Source: Heptranchias perlo
Lineage: Eukaryota
Assembly: GCF_035084215.1 (NCBI RefSeq)
Contig: NW_027138881.1
Coordinates: forward strand, 434,001 to 498,000
Reading direction: 5' to 3'
Length of the DNA stretch: 64,000 bases
The position numbers and the translations under genes are program-made. This document shows, piece after piece, positions 35,940-48,746 of this stretch. How positions within the stretch are numbered: the first letter of the stretch is position 1; each line of letters begins with the position of its first letter. Under the pieces are notes generated by a model. It was not told the DNA's origin. It ran no database searches and saw only the letters and a program-made list of their open reading frames with translations.

Positions 35940-38900
35940 CCATAGAACCATAGAAAAGATACAGCACAGAAGGGGGCCATTCAGCCCATCGTGTCCGTGC
36001 CGGCTCAAAAAACAACCAGGTGCCCATTCTAATCCCACTCTCCAGCACTCGGTCCGTAGCCCTGCAGCTTACAGCATTTAGGTGCAGGTCCAGGTACCTT
36101 TAAAAAGAGTTGAGGGTCCTTGCCTCCACCACCAATTCGGGCAGCGAATTCCCACCACCCTCTGGGTAAAAAAGTTTTTCCTCATGTCCCCTCTAATCCT
36201 TCCGCCAATCAGCTTAAATCTATGTCCTCTAGTTCTTGAACTCTCCGCTAGGGGAAACAGGAACTTCCTGTCTACTCTATCTGGGCCCCTCATAACTTTG
36301 TACACCTCAATCAAGTCTCCCCTCAGCCTCCTCTGCTCCAAGGAAAACAACCCCAGCCTATCCAATCTCTCCTCATGGCTGCAGTTTTCAAGCCCTGGAA
36401 ACATTCTTGTAAATCTTCTCTGCACTCTCTCCAGAGCAATTACATCCTTCCTGTAATGTGGTGACCAGAACTGCGCACAATACTCCAGCTGTGGCCTTAC
36501 CAGCGTTTTATACAGTTCCATCATTACATCCCTGCTTTTGTCTTCTATACCTCAGCTAATAACGGAGAGCATTCCGTATGCCTTCTTCACAACCTCATCT
36601 ACCTGTACTGCCACCTTCAGGGACCTGTGCATATGCACTCCAAGGTCTCTCACTACCCCTACCCCATCAATATATTTCTGTTCACTGCGTATTCCCTTTT
36701 ACTGTTTGCCCTCCCTAAGTGCATTACCTCACACTTCTCCGGGTTGAACTCCATTTGGCACTTTTCCGCCCACTCCACCAACCCATTGATATCTTCTTGG
36801 AGTCTACAGCTATCCTCTTCACCATCAACGACACGGCCAGTTTTTGTGTCGTCTGCAAATTTGCCAATCATGCCCCCTACATTCAAGTCCAAATCATTAA
36901 TATATACCACAAACAGCAAGGGACCCAACACTGAGCCCTGTGGCACACCACCGGAAACGGATTTCCATTCGCAAAGACATCCATCGACTTTTACCCTTTG
37001 TTTCCTGTTACTGAGCCAATTTTGGATCCAATTTGCCACATTTCCCTGCATCCCATGGGCTTTTACCTTTCTGACCGGTCTGCCATGTGGGACCTTGTCA
37101 AATGCCTTACTAAAATCCATGTAGACAACATCCATTGCACTACCCTCATCAATCCTCCTTGTCACTTCCTCAAAGAATTCAATCAGATTTGTAAGGCATG
37201 ACCTTCCCTGAACAAATCCATGCTGACTATCCCTGATTAAACCATGCCTTTTCAAGTGACAGTTTATCCTATCTCTCAGTATTGATTCTAATAGGTTGCC
37301 CACCACCGAGGTCAGACTGACCGGCCTATAATTGTTCGTCCTTTCCCTTGTGCCCTTTTTAAACAATGGTACCACGCTTGCAGTCTTCCAGTCCTCCGGT
37401 ACCTCCCCTGTATCTAGTGAGGATTGGAAAATGATCCTCAGAGCATCCGCTATTTCCTCCCTGGCTTCCTTCAATAGCCTAGGAAACAATCCATCCGGGC
37501 CTGGTGACTTATCAACTTTCAAGGATTCCAGTCCCTCTAGTACTTCCTCTCTCGTTATGTTTACCTTATCCAATATTTCACACCTCTCCTCTTTAACTAC
37601 TACGTCCGGATCATCCCTTCCCTTTGTGAATACGGAGACGAAATATTCATTTAAAACCCTACCCACATCTTCTGCTTCTACACACAAGTTACCCTTATCA
37701 TCCCTGATAGGTCCCACCTTTTCCTTAGCTATCCTCTTGTTCTTAATGTACTGATAAAACATCTTTGGGTTTTCTTTAATCTTACTAGCTAATATTTTTT
37801 CATGCCCTCTCTTTGCTTTCCTTATTTCCTTTTTTACATCATCCCTGTACTTTCTATACTCCTCTAGGCTTTCTGCAGTATTTAGTTTTCCTTGACATTC
37901 ATAAGCTTACTTTTTCTGCTTTATCTTGCCCCGTATACTTCAAGACAACCAGGGGGCTCTAAATTTGACAGTGCCAGCCTTTTTCTTTGAGGGGACGTTT
38001 CTGCATTGTACCCGTAGAATTTCACTTTTTAGTGCCTCCCACTGGCTTGCCACTGATTTCTCCTCAAGTAGTTGTGTCCAGTCCACTTCTGCCAAATCAC
38101 CTCTTAGCTCTGTAAAATTTGCCTTCCCCCAATTTAAAATGTTTACTCCTGATTTAACTCTGTCCTTTTCCATAATAATGCTAAAACTAACTGAATTGTG
38201 GTCACTATAGAAACATAGAAAAAAGAAGCAAGAGTAGGCCATTCGGCCCTTCGGGCCTGCTCCTCCATTCAAAATGATCATAGCTGATCGTCTAACTCAG
38301 TACCCTGTTCCTGCTTTTTCCCCATATCCCTTGACCCCTTTAGCATTAAGAAATATATCTATCTCCTTCTTGAATACATCTAATGACTTGGCCTCCACTG
38401 CCTTCTGTGGTAGAGAATTCCACAGGTTCACCACCCTCTGAGTGAAGAAATTTCTCCTCATCTCTGTTCTAAATGGCATACCCCCGTATCCTGAGACTGT
38501 GACCCCTGGTTCTGGACTCCCCAGCCATCGGGAACATCCTCCCTACACCTAGTCTGTCTAGTCCTGTTAGAATTTTATATGTTTCGATGAGATCACCTCT
38601 CATTCTTCTAAACTCTAGTGAATATAGGCCTAGTCGACCCAATCTCTCCTCATACGTCAGTCCTGCCATCCCAGGAATCAGTCTGGTAAACCTTCGTTGC
38701 ACTCTCTCCATGGCAAGGACATCCTTCCTCAGATAAGGAGACCAAAACTGCACACAATACTCCAGATGTGGTCTCATCAAGGTCCTGTATAACTGCAGTA
38801 AGACATCCCTGCTCCTGTACTCAAATCCTCTTGCAATGAAGGCCAACATACCATTCACCTTCCTAACTGCTTGCTGCACCTGAATGCTCGCTTTCAGCGA

Positions 38901-39720
38901 CTGTTGTACAAGGACACCCAGGTCTCGTTGCACCTCCCCTTTTCCCAATCGATCACCATTCTGATAATCTGCCTTTCTGTTTTTACAACCAAAGTGGATA
39001 ACCTCACATTATCCACGTTATACTGCATCTGCCATGTTCTTGCCCACTCATGCAATTTGTCTAAATCATCCCCAATATGGTCACCCACTGTCACTTCACC
39101 CACTTGCCCATCTTCATTTCCCAGGACTAAATCTGGAATTGCATCCCCTCTTGTTGAGCTTGTCACGTACTGGCTAAAAAAGTTCTCCTGGACACCGATC
39201 AAGAATTTTGCGCCCTCTGTGCCCCTCACACTGTTTGAATCCCAGTTGATGTTCAGGTAGTTGAAGTCCCCTACTATTATTGCCCTCTTATTTTTGCACT
39301 CAGAAATTTGCCTACATATTTGTTCTTCTATTTCCCTTTCGCTATTCGGGGGTCTATAGTACACTCCTAGTAGTGTGACTGCCCCTTTTTTATTTCTTAG
39401 CTCAACCCATATGGCCTCGATTGATGATCCATTTAGCATATCATCCCTTCTCACAACTGGAATTGATTCTTTAACCAATAATACTACCCCCCCCCCTCCT
39501 TTTTTATCACCCACTCTATCCTGCCTGAAAACTCGATATCCAGGGATATTGAGCTGCCAATTATCCCCCTCTTTAAGCCAGGTTTCCATTATAGCAATGA
39601 TATCATGCTGCCATGTGTCTATCTGTGCCCTTAGTTCATCTGCTTTGTTTGTAATACTCCTTGCATTGAAGTATATACCCTTTAACCCCATCAAATTCCT
39701 GTGCTGAACACGATTTAGCA
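35940..39720 (-). mobile_element. Young CR1 (subfamily A), nearly complete ORF2, split by a nested CR1
   Basis: Endonuclease start YFNARSITNK...ETWL...YRPPN...GDFN (ORF 38894-39775), RT 36659-37762, tail at ~35940. Confidence 0.95.
38207..39067 (-). mobile_element. Nested CR1 3' fragment of another subfamily
   Basis: Interrupts GTCACT-AT-CCCCAAT, which is contiguous in the sister copy at 61171-61185. Confidence 0.9.
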
Positions 39721-39721
39721 G

Positions 39722-40122
39722 GTCCGGCAACACCTCGATTTTAAAATTCTCATCCTTGTTTTCACATCCCTCCATGGTCTCGCCCCTCCCTATCTCTGTA
39801 ACCTCCTCCAGCCCTACAACCTTCCGAGACCTCTGTGCTCCTCCAATTCTGACCTCTTGTGCATCCCCGATTTCCTCCGCTCCACCATTGGTGGCGGTGC
39901 CTTCAACTGCCTAGGCCCTAAGCTCTGGAATTCTCTCCCTAAACCTCTTCGCCTGTCTTTCCTCCGTTAAGACGCTATTTGAACCTCCCTCTTCGACCAA
40001 GCTTTTTGGTCACCTGCCCTAATATTTCCTTATGAGGCTCGGTGTCAAATTTTGTTTGAAAATCGCTCCTGTGAAGCGCCTTGAGATGTTTTACTATGTT
40101 AAAGGTGCTGAATAAATGCAGT
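39722..40122 (+). mobile_element. L2-type LINE 3' end
   Basis: Related to 13170-13530. Tail GTGAAGCGCCTTGAGATGTTTTACTATGTTAAAGGTGCT.AATAAATGCA. Confidence 0.8.
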
Positions 40123-40226
40123 GTTGATGCACTAAGCCAAATGGATTATTAATTTGTGAATTGTGTGTAACATCCAGAAACAAGTACAGGGGTAATCGAT
40201 GTAGACTCCCTCTCTTCTCTTCATAG

Positions 40227-40370
40227 GAATGGGATTACAGCTACGTACACAGCTTCTACCACTGCAGCCTAGCTGCCTCCTTTATCTTACTTCTCCCGAA
40301 GATTAACTCTCAAGCTGGAAATGGAGGAAATCCGGTAAAACTGAGTTGCTGCACACTCTGCTGTGTCTGA
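40227..40370 (+). CDS. MYMK: Myomaker coding exon 5 (terminal)
   Basis: EWDYSYVHSFYHCSLAASFILLLPKINSQAGNGGNPVKLSCCTLCCV*, with pyrimidine tract and atag| acceptor. Total CDS 660 nt = 219 aa plus stop. Confidence 0.97.
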   Translation, partial: EWDYSYVHSFYHCSLAASFILLLPKINSQAGNGGNPVKLSCCTLCCV

Positions 40371-40739
40371 AAGAGGCACAATCTTGTGTCTCCATTCCTA
40401 GCATTATATTTGTGCATTGCATCAATGAAAAGATCATTCCTTTTGACTGACACTGTAAATGCACTATATGAACTGTATGAAGCAAAAGCTGAGCTGGTGG
40501 CTGAATGTGTTATTCTAATGAATGATTATAAAAATGTAGAGACCTAAACAGCAATCTATGGTGAGTTTTAGAAATGATCCCGATTACGAAAGGGGATACA
40601 GGACTATTCATTCCAAAATCATGGCAAGAAAACGGGTGGGTGTTTGAAAGGGTAAGCTGGACACATCAGTGGTCTTCTCCATTTCAGTATATTACTGTGT
40701 TACATCAAGACATCTTAAGACTTCGCATAAGAAGCTCTC

Positions 40740-41186
40740 CACTGGCCCAGTAAGTAAAAGTACCATTTGGTATAGCACATATACACAAAAAGGTTCAATC
40801 CCTGCTCTGTGCTGAAGAGCAGTAGGAGTGAGACAATTGGTTTCAGCACTCTGCGTTGGGGAAAGGATCCCGCTCATGTTAACTATCCACTGACCCTGCT
40901 GGAAAGTGCACTTGTGTGTGGATGTTAACAGGGATACAATTGGCTTCAGAGCCCTTTGGGTTCGGGAGGGGAAATCAACCAGGGTCCCTGTTCCTGATCA
41001 CAACCCAGTGACCCACCCCCACCCCCCCGCCCCGGCTGTGTGGACGTTGGGTGAGGACAGGATTGGGCTTCACTGCAAATTCCCCCCGCCTTAGGGTGAA
41101 TAGCCTGCTGACACTCATTCACTAAACTCACAGATGACCACTTGGAGAAAAAGCAATTGGTCAAGGTGCAATCTTACATAGAATTA
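40740..41186 (+). mobile_element. Old SINE-like interspersed repeat, family not identified
   Basis: GGTTCAATCCC B-box-like motif. Shares blocks (AGTGACCC..CTGGAAAGTG, ACAGGATT, AATAG..TGC..ACTCA) with 27906-28200. Confidence 0.45.
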
Positions 41187-41545
41187 CCATCCACAGGATG
41201 CACTGCAGAAACTCACCAAGGCTTCTTCGACAGCACCTCCCAAACCCGCGACCTCTACCACCTAGAAGGACAAGAGCAGCAGGCACGTGGGAACACCACC
41301 ACCTGCACGTTCCCCTCCAAGTCACACACCATCCCGACTTGGAAATATATCGCCGTTCCTTCATCGTCGCTGGGTCAAAATCCTGGAACTCCCTTCCTAA
41401 CAGCACTGTGGGAGAACCTTCACCACACGGACTGCAGCGGTTCAAGAAGGCGGCTCACCACCACCTTCTCAAGGGCAATTAGGGATGGGCAATAAATGCC
41501 AGCCTTGCCAGTGATGCCCACATGCCATGAACGAATAAAAAAAAC
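41187..41545 (+). mobile_element. CR1-group LINE family B, short 3' fragment
   Basis: Matches 43295-43655. Confidence 0.9.
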
Positions 41546-41954
41546 ATTGAATTTACAGTACAGAAACAGGCCATTTGGATCAATGGGTCTATGCCGGTGT
41601 TTATGCTCCATACGAGCCTCCTCCTCCCTCACTACTTCATCTAACCCTATCAGTATATCCTTCTATTCCTTTCTCCCTCATGTATATATCTAGCTTCCCC
41701 TTAATCTGTATACCTTTCAGGAAAAGAGGTGAGAAAAGGTGGGGGAAAAGTCCCAATACCAATAGGTAGAATGAATCCTTGCCCAGTTTGGAATGGAGGT
41801 ACAGGTATGCATATAAAGACAGACTAAGCTCAAACCTAAAATCACCGGCAACTACCCAATGCCTGTGAAATAAATCTTGCTTCGCATTTGGAACTATTTT
41901 TGTTCTTTTTTTAATGTGGTTGTGTGTATTGAATTTCTCAGCCTTGCACGCATT

Positions 41955-43658
41955 GAACCATCTTCAGCCAGAAGTGCCGAGTGGATGATCCATCTCAGCC
42001 TCCTCCCGATATCCCCACCATCACAGAAGCCAGTCTTCGGCCAATTCGATTCACTCCACGTGATATCAAGAAACGGCTGAGTGCACTGGATACAGCAAAG
42101 GCTATGGGCCCTGACAACATCCCAGCTGTAGTGCTGAAGACTTGTGCTCCAGAACTAGCTGCGCCTCTAGCCAAACTGTTCCAGTACAGCAACAACACTG
42201 GCATCCACCCGACAATGTGGAAAATTGCCCAGGTATGTCCTGTCCACAAAAAGCAGGACAAATCCAATCCGGCCAATTACCGCCCCATCACTCTACTCTC
42301 AATCATCAGCAAAGTGATGGAAGGTGTCGTCGACAGTGCTATCAAGCGGCACTTACTCACCAATAACCTGCTCACCGATGCTCAGTTTGGGTTCCGCCAG
42401 GACCACTCGGCTCCAGACCTCATTACAGCCTTGGTCCAAACATGGACAAAAGAGCTGAATTCCAGAGGTGAGGTGAGAGTGACTGCCCTTGACATCAAGG
42501 CAGCATTTGACCGAGTGTGGCATCAAGGAGCCCTAGTAAAATTGAAGTCAATGGGAATCAGGGGGAAAACTCTCCAGTGGCTGGAGTCATACCTAGCACA
42601 AAGGAAGATGGTAGTGGTTGTTGGAGGCCAAGCATCTCAGCCCCAGGGCATTGCTGCAGGAGTTCCTCAGGGCAGTGTCCTGGGCCCAACCATCTTCAGC
42701 TGCTTCATCAATGACCTTCCCTCCATCATAAGGTCAGAAATGGGGATGTTCGCTGATGACTGCACAGTGTTCAGTTCCATTCGCAACCCCTCAGATAATG
42801 AAGCAGTCCGAGCCCGCATGCAGCAAGACCTGGACAACATCCAGGCTTGGGCTGATAAGTGGCAAGTAACATTCGTGCCAGATAAGTGCCAGGCAATGAC
42901 CATCTCCAACAAGAGAGAGTCTAACCACCTCCCCTTGACATTCAACGGCATTACCATCGCCGAATCCCCCACCATCAACATCCTGGGGGTCACCATTGAC
43001 CAGAAACTTAACTGGACCAGCCATATAAATACTGTGGCTACGAGAGCAGGTCAGAGGCTGGGTATTCTGCAGCGAGTGACTCACCTCCTGACTCCCCAAA
43101 GCCTTTCCACCATCTACAAGGCACAAGTCAGGAGTGTGATGGAATACTCTCCACTTGCCTGGATGAGTGCAGCTCCAACAACACTCAAGAAGCTCGACAC
43201 CATCCAAGATAAAGCAGCCCGCTTGATTGGCACCCCATCCACCACCCTAAACATTCACTCCCTTCACCACCGGCGCACTGTGGCTGCAGTGTGTACCATC
43301 CACAGGATGCACTGCAGCAACTCGCCAAGGCTTCTTCGACAGCACCTCCCAAACCCGCGACCTCTACCACGTAGAAGGACAAGGGCAGCAGGCGCATGGG
43401 AACAACACCACCTGCACGTTCCCCTCCAAGTCACACACCATCCCGACTTGGAAATATATCGCCGTTCCTTCATTGTCGCTGGGTCAAAATCCTGGAACTC
43501 CCTTCCTAACAGCACTGTGGGAGAACCGTCACCACACGGACTGCAGCGGTTCAAGAAGGCGGCTCACCACCACCTTCTCGAGGGCAATTAGGGATGGGCA
43601 ATAAATGCCGGCCTTGCCAGCGACGCCCACATCCCGTGAACGAATAATAAAAAAAAAT
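41955..43658 (+). mobile_element. CR1-group LINE family B, 5'-truncated, with an uninterrupted RT reading frame
   Basis: 536-aa ORF 41981-43591 with all RT motifs (NYRPITLLS, QFGFR, DIKAAFD, GVPQGSVLGP, FADD) and an A-rich tail. Confidence 0.95.
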
Positions 43659-44984
43659 ATCTTTGCAGGTTTCTCTTTCGATCCTTCCTCATATTTGGCC
43701 ATTATCATCAAATCATGGATTTACTTGTACTCATGAATGTATAAAGGACTGTCTTTCAGGTTAGTCAGAGGCCTGAGAGGTTGGGAGATGACAAAGTGCA
43801 GATTAGGAGGGCCAATAGGGTTAGAGTGGGCATCCTACACCATTCCTTTCCGTGATGGATCATTTTGATCGTCTGCCATAAATTGGGCGGAAGATCAGCG
43901 AAGCCCAGAGAAAGGGGGTGGAATGTTCTAGGACAGGATTTATGTGAATCTTCTCCTGAAGTTGCAACAGACAATCGGGAGAATCTCGCAGAAATTCTAA
44001 CTTCTAAGGTTTTCTTCATCGCAGCATCTAACCTCCTCTTGAATGATTCCAGGGTCTGTGTTGTATCATAGTTCAGCATTCTATTCACTTTGTCAACTCA
44101 CCCTAATCTGGTTCATGGAAACATTTGCTCAGCAGTGACTGGACAGTTGTCACTCCCAGACCTCTGTCCCAGCTAGTTTGATGTCATTCATTAAATATTC
44201 CATTTTTTTCTTCTAATATATAACAGTTTGCACTTGTGGGTATTGAATTTAATTTACCATATTTCTGCCCACGAGCAAAAATGTATCAACTTCGAGATTT
44301 AGTGGAATAAATTAGAAGAAAAAGATCAAGCACATTTTGATGTGCCACTGTCGGTGTGTACAGTGGTGTCATGCGTGTTGTACTGAGGTGCAGCTGCAAC
44401 AGCTCTTGTATTGTTGGCATAAATATGCATTCTGGCTCAAGCACCAGTGACAGTCTGGAGAGGTCAGACAGCCAGACCCCCTGATGCTGGAGAGAGAGGA
44501 CTCTGGCACGGAACAGGTCATTCTCACCCAGTCCCTGGTCTGCATGGATTGCACAGTGCTGAGTCCAGGAACAGGAGAGCGGCTGTTTCTGCAGCCTGTC
44601 AAACTCCACTACCAAGGAATATGTCTGTGCAACACAAAAACTGCTAACAATATGGCCAAGTTTTGTTGGGGATTCCTACTTTCTTCCTGCTTTTCCAGAC
44701 AGCTTGTTTGTCCAGCATGGATCAGATATGATTATCAAGCCAAGCAGCTGAATATTGTTGTGGCTGAAGAGAGCTTCCTGTCCGGATGTGATGTGTAATC
44801 ATGAAAATGTGAGTTTCTATCCATCAATCTGTTCAGACATGTAAATCATATTCAGTATGAGAACTACTGTGTAAAATGGTACTGTTGGAAACATCAACAA
44901 CAATAGTGAGAAAAGTAATATAACCTAATACACATAGTAGTGCAGGAGACCCCTGAGTGCATCTCGCTTTCTAACCAGTATTGA

Positions 44985-47900
44985 GTGCTGGTTAGAACTG
45001 TGGGGGGAAGGAGAAAGGTCAGGAGAGCAATAGTGATTGGGGATTCTATAGTTAAGGGAGCAGACTGGCGTTTCTGCGGCCGCAGGTGTGATTCCAGGAT
45101 GGTATGTTGCCTCCCTGGTGCTAGGGTCAAGGATGTCACTGAGCGGCTGCAGAACATTCTGGAGGGGGAGGATGAACAGCCAGAGGTCGTGGTCCATATT
45201 GGTACCAACGACATAAGTAGAAGGAAGAATGAGGTCCTGCAGGCAGATTTTAAGGAGTTAGGAAAGAGATTACTAACTTTGAGGTCCTGCTTGTTAATCT
45301 CTGGATTACTCCCGGTGCCACGCGAGTATAGAAATAGGAGGATAGAGCAGATGAACGTGTGGCTGGAGAGATGGTGCAGGAGGGAGGGCTTTAGATTCCT
45401 GGGGCATTGGGACCAGTTCTGGGAGAGGTGGGACCTGTGCAGGCTGCATGGAGCTGGGACCAATGTCCTCGTGGGGAGGTTCACTATTGCTGATGGGGGG
45501 GGGGGGCACCAGGATGTAGCATTGGAAAGGAGAAACAAGGGGCACAAAGGATTGGGGGAGAAAGATAGCACGAGAGTAAGAAATAGCACGGTATGAGGTG
45601 GGATCAGATTAAGAGAGAGTACAAGAAAATCTGAGACTGGTTTGCGGTGCATGTGTGTAAACACATGAAGCGCGGTAAACAAGGTCGGTGAGCTACAGGC
45701 ACAAATAGCCACATGGGAATACAATGTGGCGATAACGGAGACCTGGCTCAAAAAAGGGCAGGATTGGGAACTAAATATTCCTGGATACAAGGTGTTCAAG
45801 AAAGATTGGGAAGGAAAGAAAGGATTGGGGAGAGGGGTGGCAGTATTGATTAGGGAGAATATTGCAGTACTGGAGAGAGAGGATGTCCTGGAAGGGTCAA
45901 GGACAGAATCTATTTGGTTAGAGTTAAGAAACAATAGAGGTGCCGTTACACGACTGGGTGTATTCTATAGGCCACCAACTAGTGGGAAGGATATAGAGGA
46001 GCAAATTTTCAGAGAAATTACAGAGAGGTGCAAAAGCCACAGAATAGTGATAACGGGGGGACTTCAACTATCCGAATATAGACTGGGATAGTAATAATAT
46101 AAGGGGCAAAGAATTTTTGAAATGTGTTCAGGATAACTTTCTTGATCAGTACGTTTCCAGCCCAACGAGGAAGGAGGCATTGCTGGACTTGGTTCTAGGG
46201 AATGAGTTGGGCCAAGTGGAGCAAGTATCAGTGGGGGAGCATTTAGGGAGCAGCGATCATAGTATCATAAGGTATAGAATGCCTATGGAAAAGGACACAG
46301 ACTACTCTAAAGTAAAAATACGCAATTGGAGGAGGGCCAATTTCAATGGGATGAGAACAGATCTGGCCCGGGTAAATTGGAATCAAAGATTGGCAGGCAA
46401 AACTGTATTTGAACAATGGGCAGCTTTTGAAGAGGAGATGATTAAGGTACAGTCTAGGCACATTCCCACGTAGGGCAACTAAAGCCAGAGCTCCCTGGAT
46501 GACAAAAGAGATAGAGAGTAAGATGAAACGGAAAAAAGGGGGCGTATGACAGATGTCAGGTTGATAACACAAGTGAGAACCAGGCAGAATATAGAAAGTT
46601 CAGAGGGGAAGTCAAAAAGGAAATAAGAGGGGCAAAGAGAAAGTATGAGAATAGACTGGCGGCTAACATAAAAGGGAATCCAAAAGTCTTCTACAGGCTG
46701 TAAACAGTAAACAGGTAGTAAGAGGAGGGGTGGGGCCGATTAGGGACCATAAAGGAGACCTATTCATGGAGGCAGAGGGGATGGCCAAGGTACTAAATGA
46801 GTACTTTGCATCTGTCTTTACCAAGGAAGAAGATGCTGCCAGAGTCTCAGTGAAGGAAGATATAGTTGAGACACTGGATGGGCTAAAATTTGATAAAGAG
46901 GAGGTACTAGAAAGACTAGCTGTAGTTAAAGTAGATAAGTCACCCGGTCCGGATGGGATGCATCCTAGGTTGCTGAGGGAAGTAAGGGTGGAAATTGCGG
47001 AGTTTCTGGCCATAATCTTCCAAACATCCTTAGATACGGGGATGGTGCCGGAGGACTGGAGAATTGCAAATGTTGCACCCTTGTTTAAAAAAGTGTGTAA
47101 GGATAAACCCAGCAACTACAGGCCAGTCAGTTTAACCTTGGTGGTGGGGAAACTTTTAGAAACAATAATCCGGGACAGAATTAACAGTCACTTGGACGAG
47201 TGTGGATTGATTAGGGAAAGCCAGCACGGATTTGTTAAAGGCAAATCGTGTTTAACTAACCTGATAGAGTTTTTTGATGAGGTAACAGAGAGGGTCGATG
47301 AGGGCAATGCGGTTGATGTGTATATGGTCTTTCAAAAGGTGTTTGATAAAGTGCCGCATGGTAGGCTTGTCATCAAGATTGCAGCCCATGGAATAAAAGG
47401 GGCAGTCGCAACATGGATACAGAATTGGCTAAGTGACAGGAAACAGAGAGTAGCGGTGAATGGTTGTTTTTCGGACTGGAGGGAGGTGTACAGTGGGAGA
47501 AAAGACAAATGTCCCCTTCCCCTTCCTCCTAACCCCCTACTCCGCCTCTTCCTACCCCTTCCTCCTCCGCCTCCCCCCACTAACTCCGCCACCCCCACTA
47601 ACTCTGCCTCCCCCACTAACTCCGCCTCCCCCACTAACTCCGCCACCCCCACTAACTCCACCTCCGCCCCTAACTCCACCCCCCCACTAACGCCACCTCC
47701 CCCACTAACTCCACCACCCCCACTAACTCTGCCTCCCCCACTAACTCCGCCTCCCCCACTAACTCCGCCACCCCCCCACTAACTCCACCTCCGCCCCTAA
47801 CTCCACCCCCCCACTAACTCCACCCCCCCACTAACTCCACCTCCGCCCCTAACTCCACCCCCCCACTAACTCCACCCCCCCACTAACTCCACCTCCGCCC

Positions 47901-48746
47901 CTAACTCCACCCCCCCACTAACTCCACCTCCCCCACTAACTCCACCTCCGCCCCTAACTCCACCCCCCCACTAACTCCACCTCCCCCACTAACTCCGCCA
48001 CCCCCCCACTAACTCCACCTCCGCCCCTAACTCCACCTCCCCCACTAACTCCACCTCCCCCACTAACTCCACCTCCCCCACTAACTCCACCTCCCCCACT
48101 AACTCCGCCTCCCCCACTAACTCCACCTCCCCCACTAACTCCGCCTCCTCCCCTAACTCCGCCTCCCCCACTAACTCCACCTCCGCCCCTAACTCCACCC
48201 CCCCACTAACGCCACCTCCCCCACTAACTCCGCCTCCTCCCCTAACTCCGCCTCCCCCACTAACTCCACCACCGCCCACTAACTCCGCCTCCCCCACTAA
48301 CTCCGCCACCCCCACTGCTTTTCTTGATATATATTAATGACTTGGACTTGGGTGTACAGGGCACAATTTCAAAACTTGGAAGGATAGTGAACAGTGAGGA
48401 GGATAGTGATAGACTTCAAGAGGATATAGACGGGCTGATGGCATGGGCGGACACCTGGCAGATGTCATTTAACGCAGAAACATTCGAGGTGATGCATTCC
48501 GATAGGAAAAATGAGGAGAGGCAATATAAACTAAAGGGCACAATTCTAAAAGGGGTAAAGGAACAGAGAGATCTGAGAGTGTATGTACACAAATCCTTGA
48601 AGATGGCAGGGCAGGTTGAGAAAGCGGTTAAAAAAGCATAAGGGATCCAGGGCTTTATAAATAGAGGCATAGAGTACAAAAGTAAGGAAGTCATGATGAA
48701 CCTTTATAAAACACTGGTGGGCCACAACTGAACATTGTGTCCAGTT
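44985..48746 (+). mobile_element. CR1 LINE with ORF1 SGNH-esterase part and ORF2, decayed and 3'-truncated
   Basis: IGDSIV, CCLPGARVKDV, VHIGTND (CR1 ORF1 esterase), then AITETWL, YRPP, SDHS, and RT 46730-47497 and 48317-48746. Confidence 0.92.
47498..48316. repeat. C-rich 17-19 bp minisatellite inserted in the CR1 RT
   Basis: Units CCCCCACTAACTCC(A/G)CC(T) and CCGCCCCTAACTCCACC. They replace the GVPQGSVLG codons. Confidence 0.93.

Noticed and set aside
44369-44602. Cys-rich minus-strand ORF faintly like a PLAC domain
   Set aside because: Cys spacing does not fit, no convincing splice sites, and it lies on the wrong side of ADAMTSL2.
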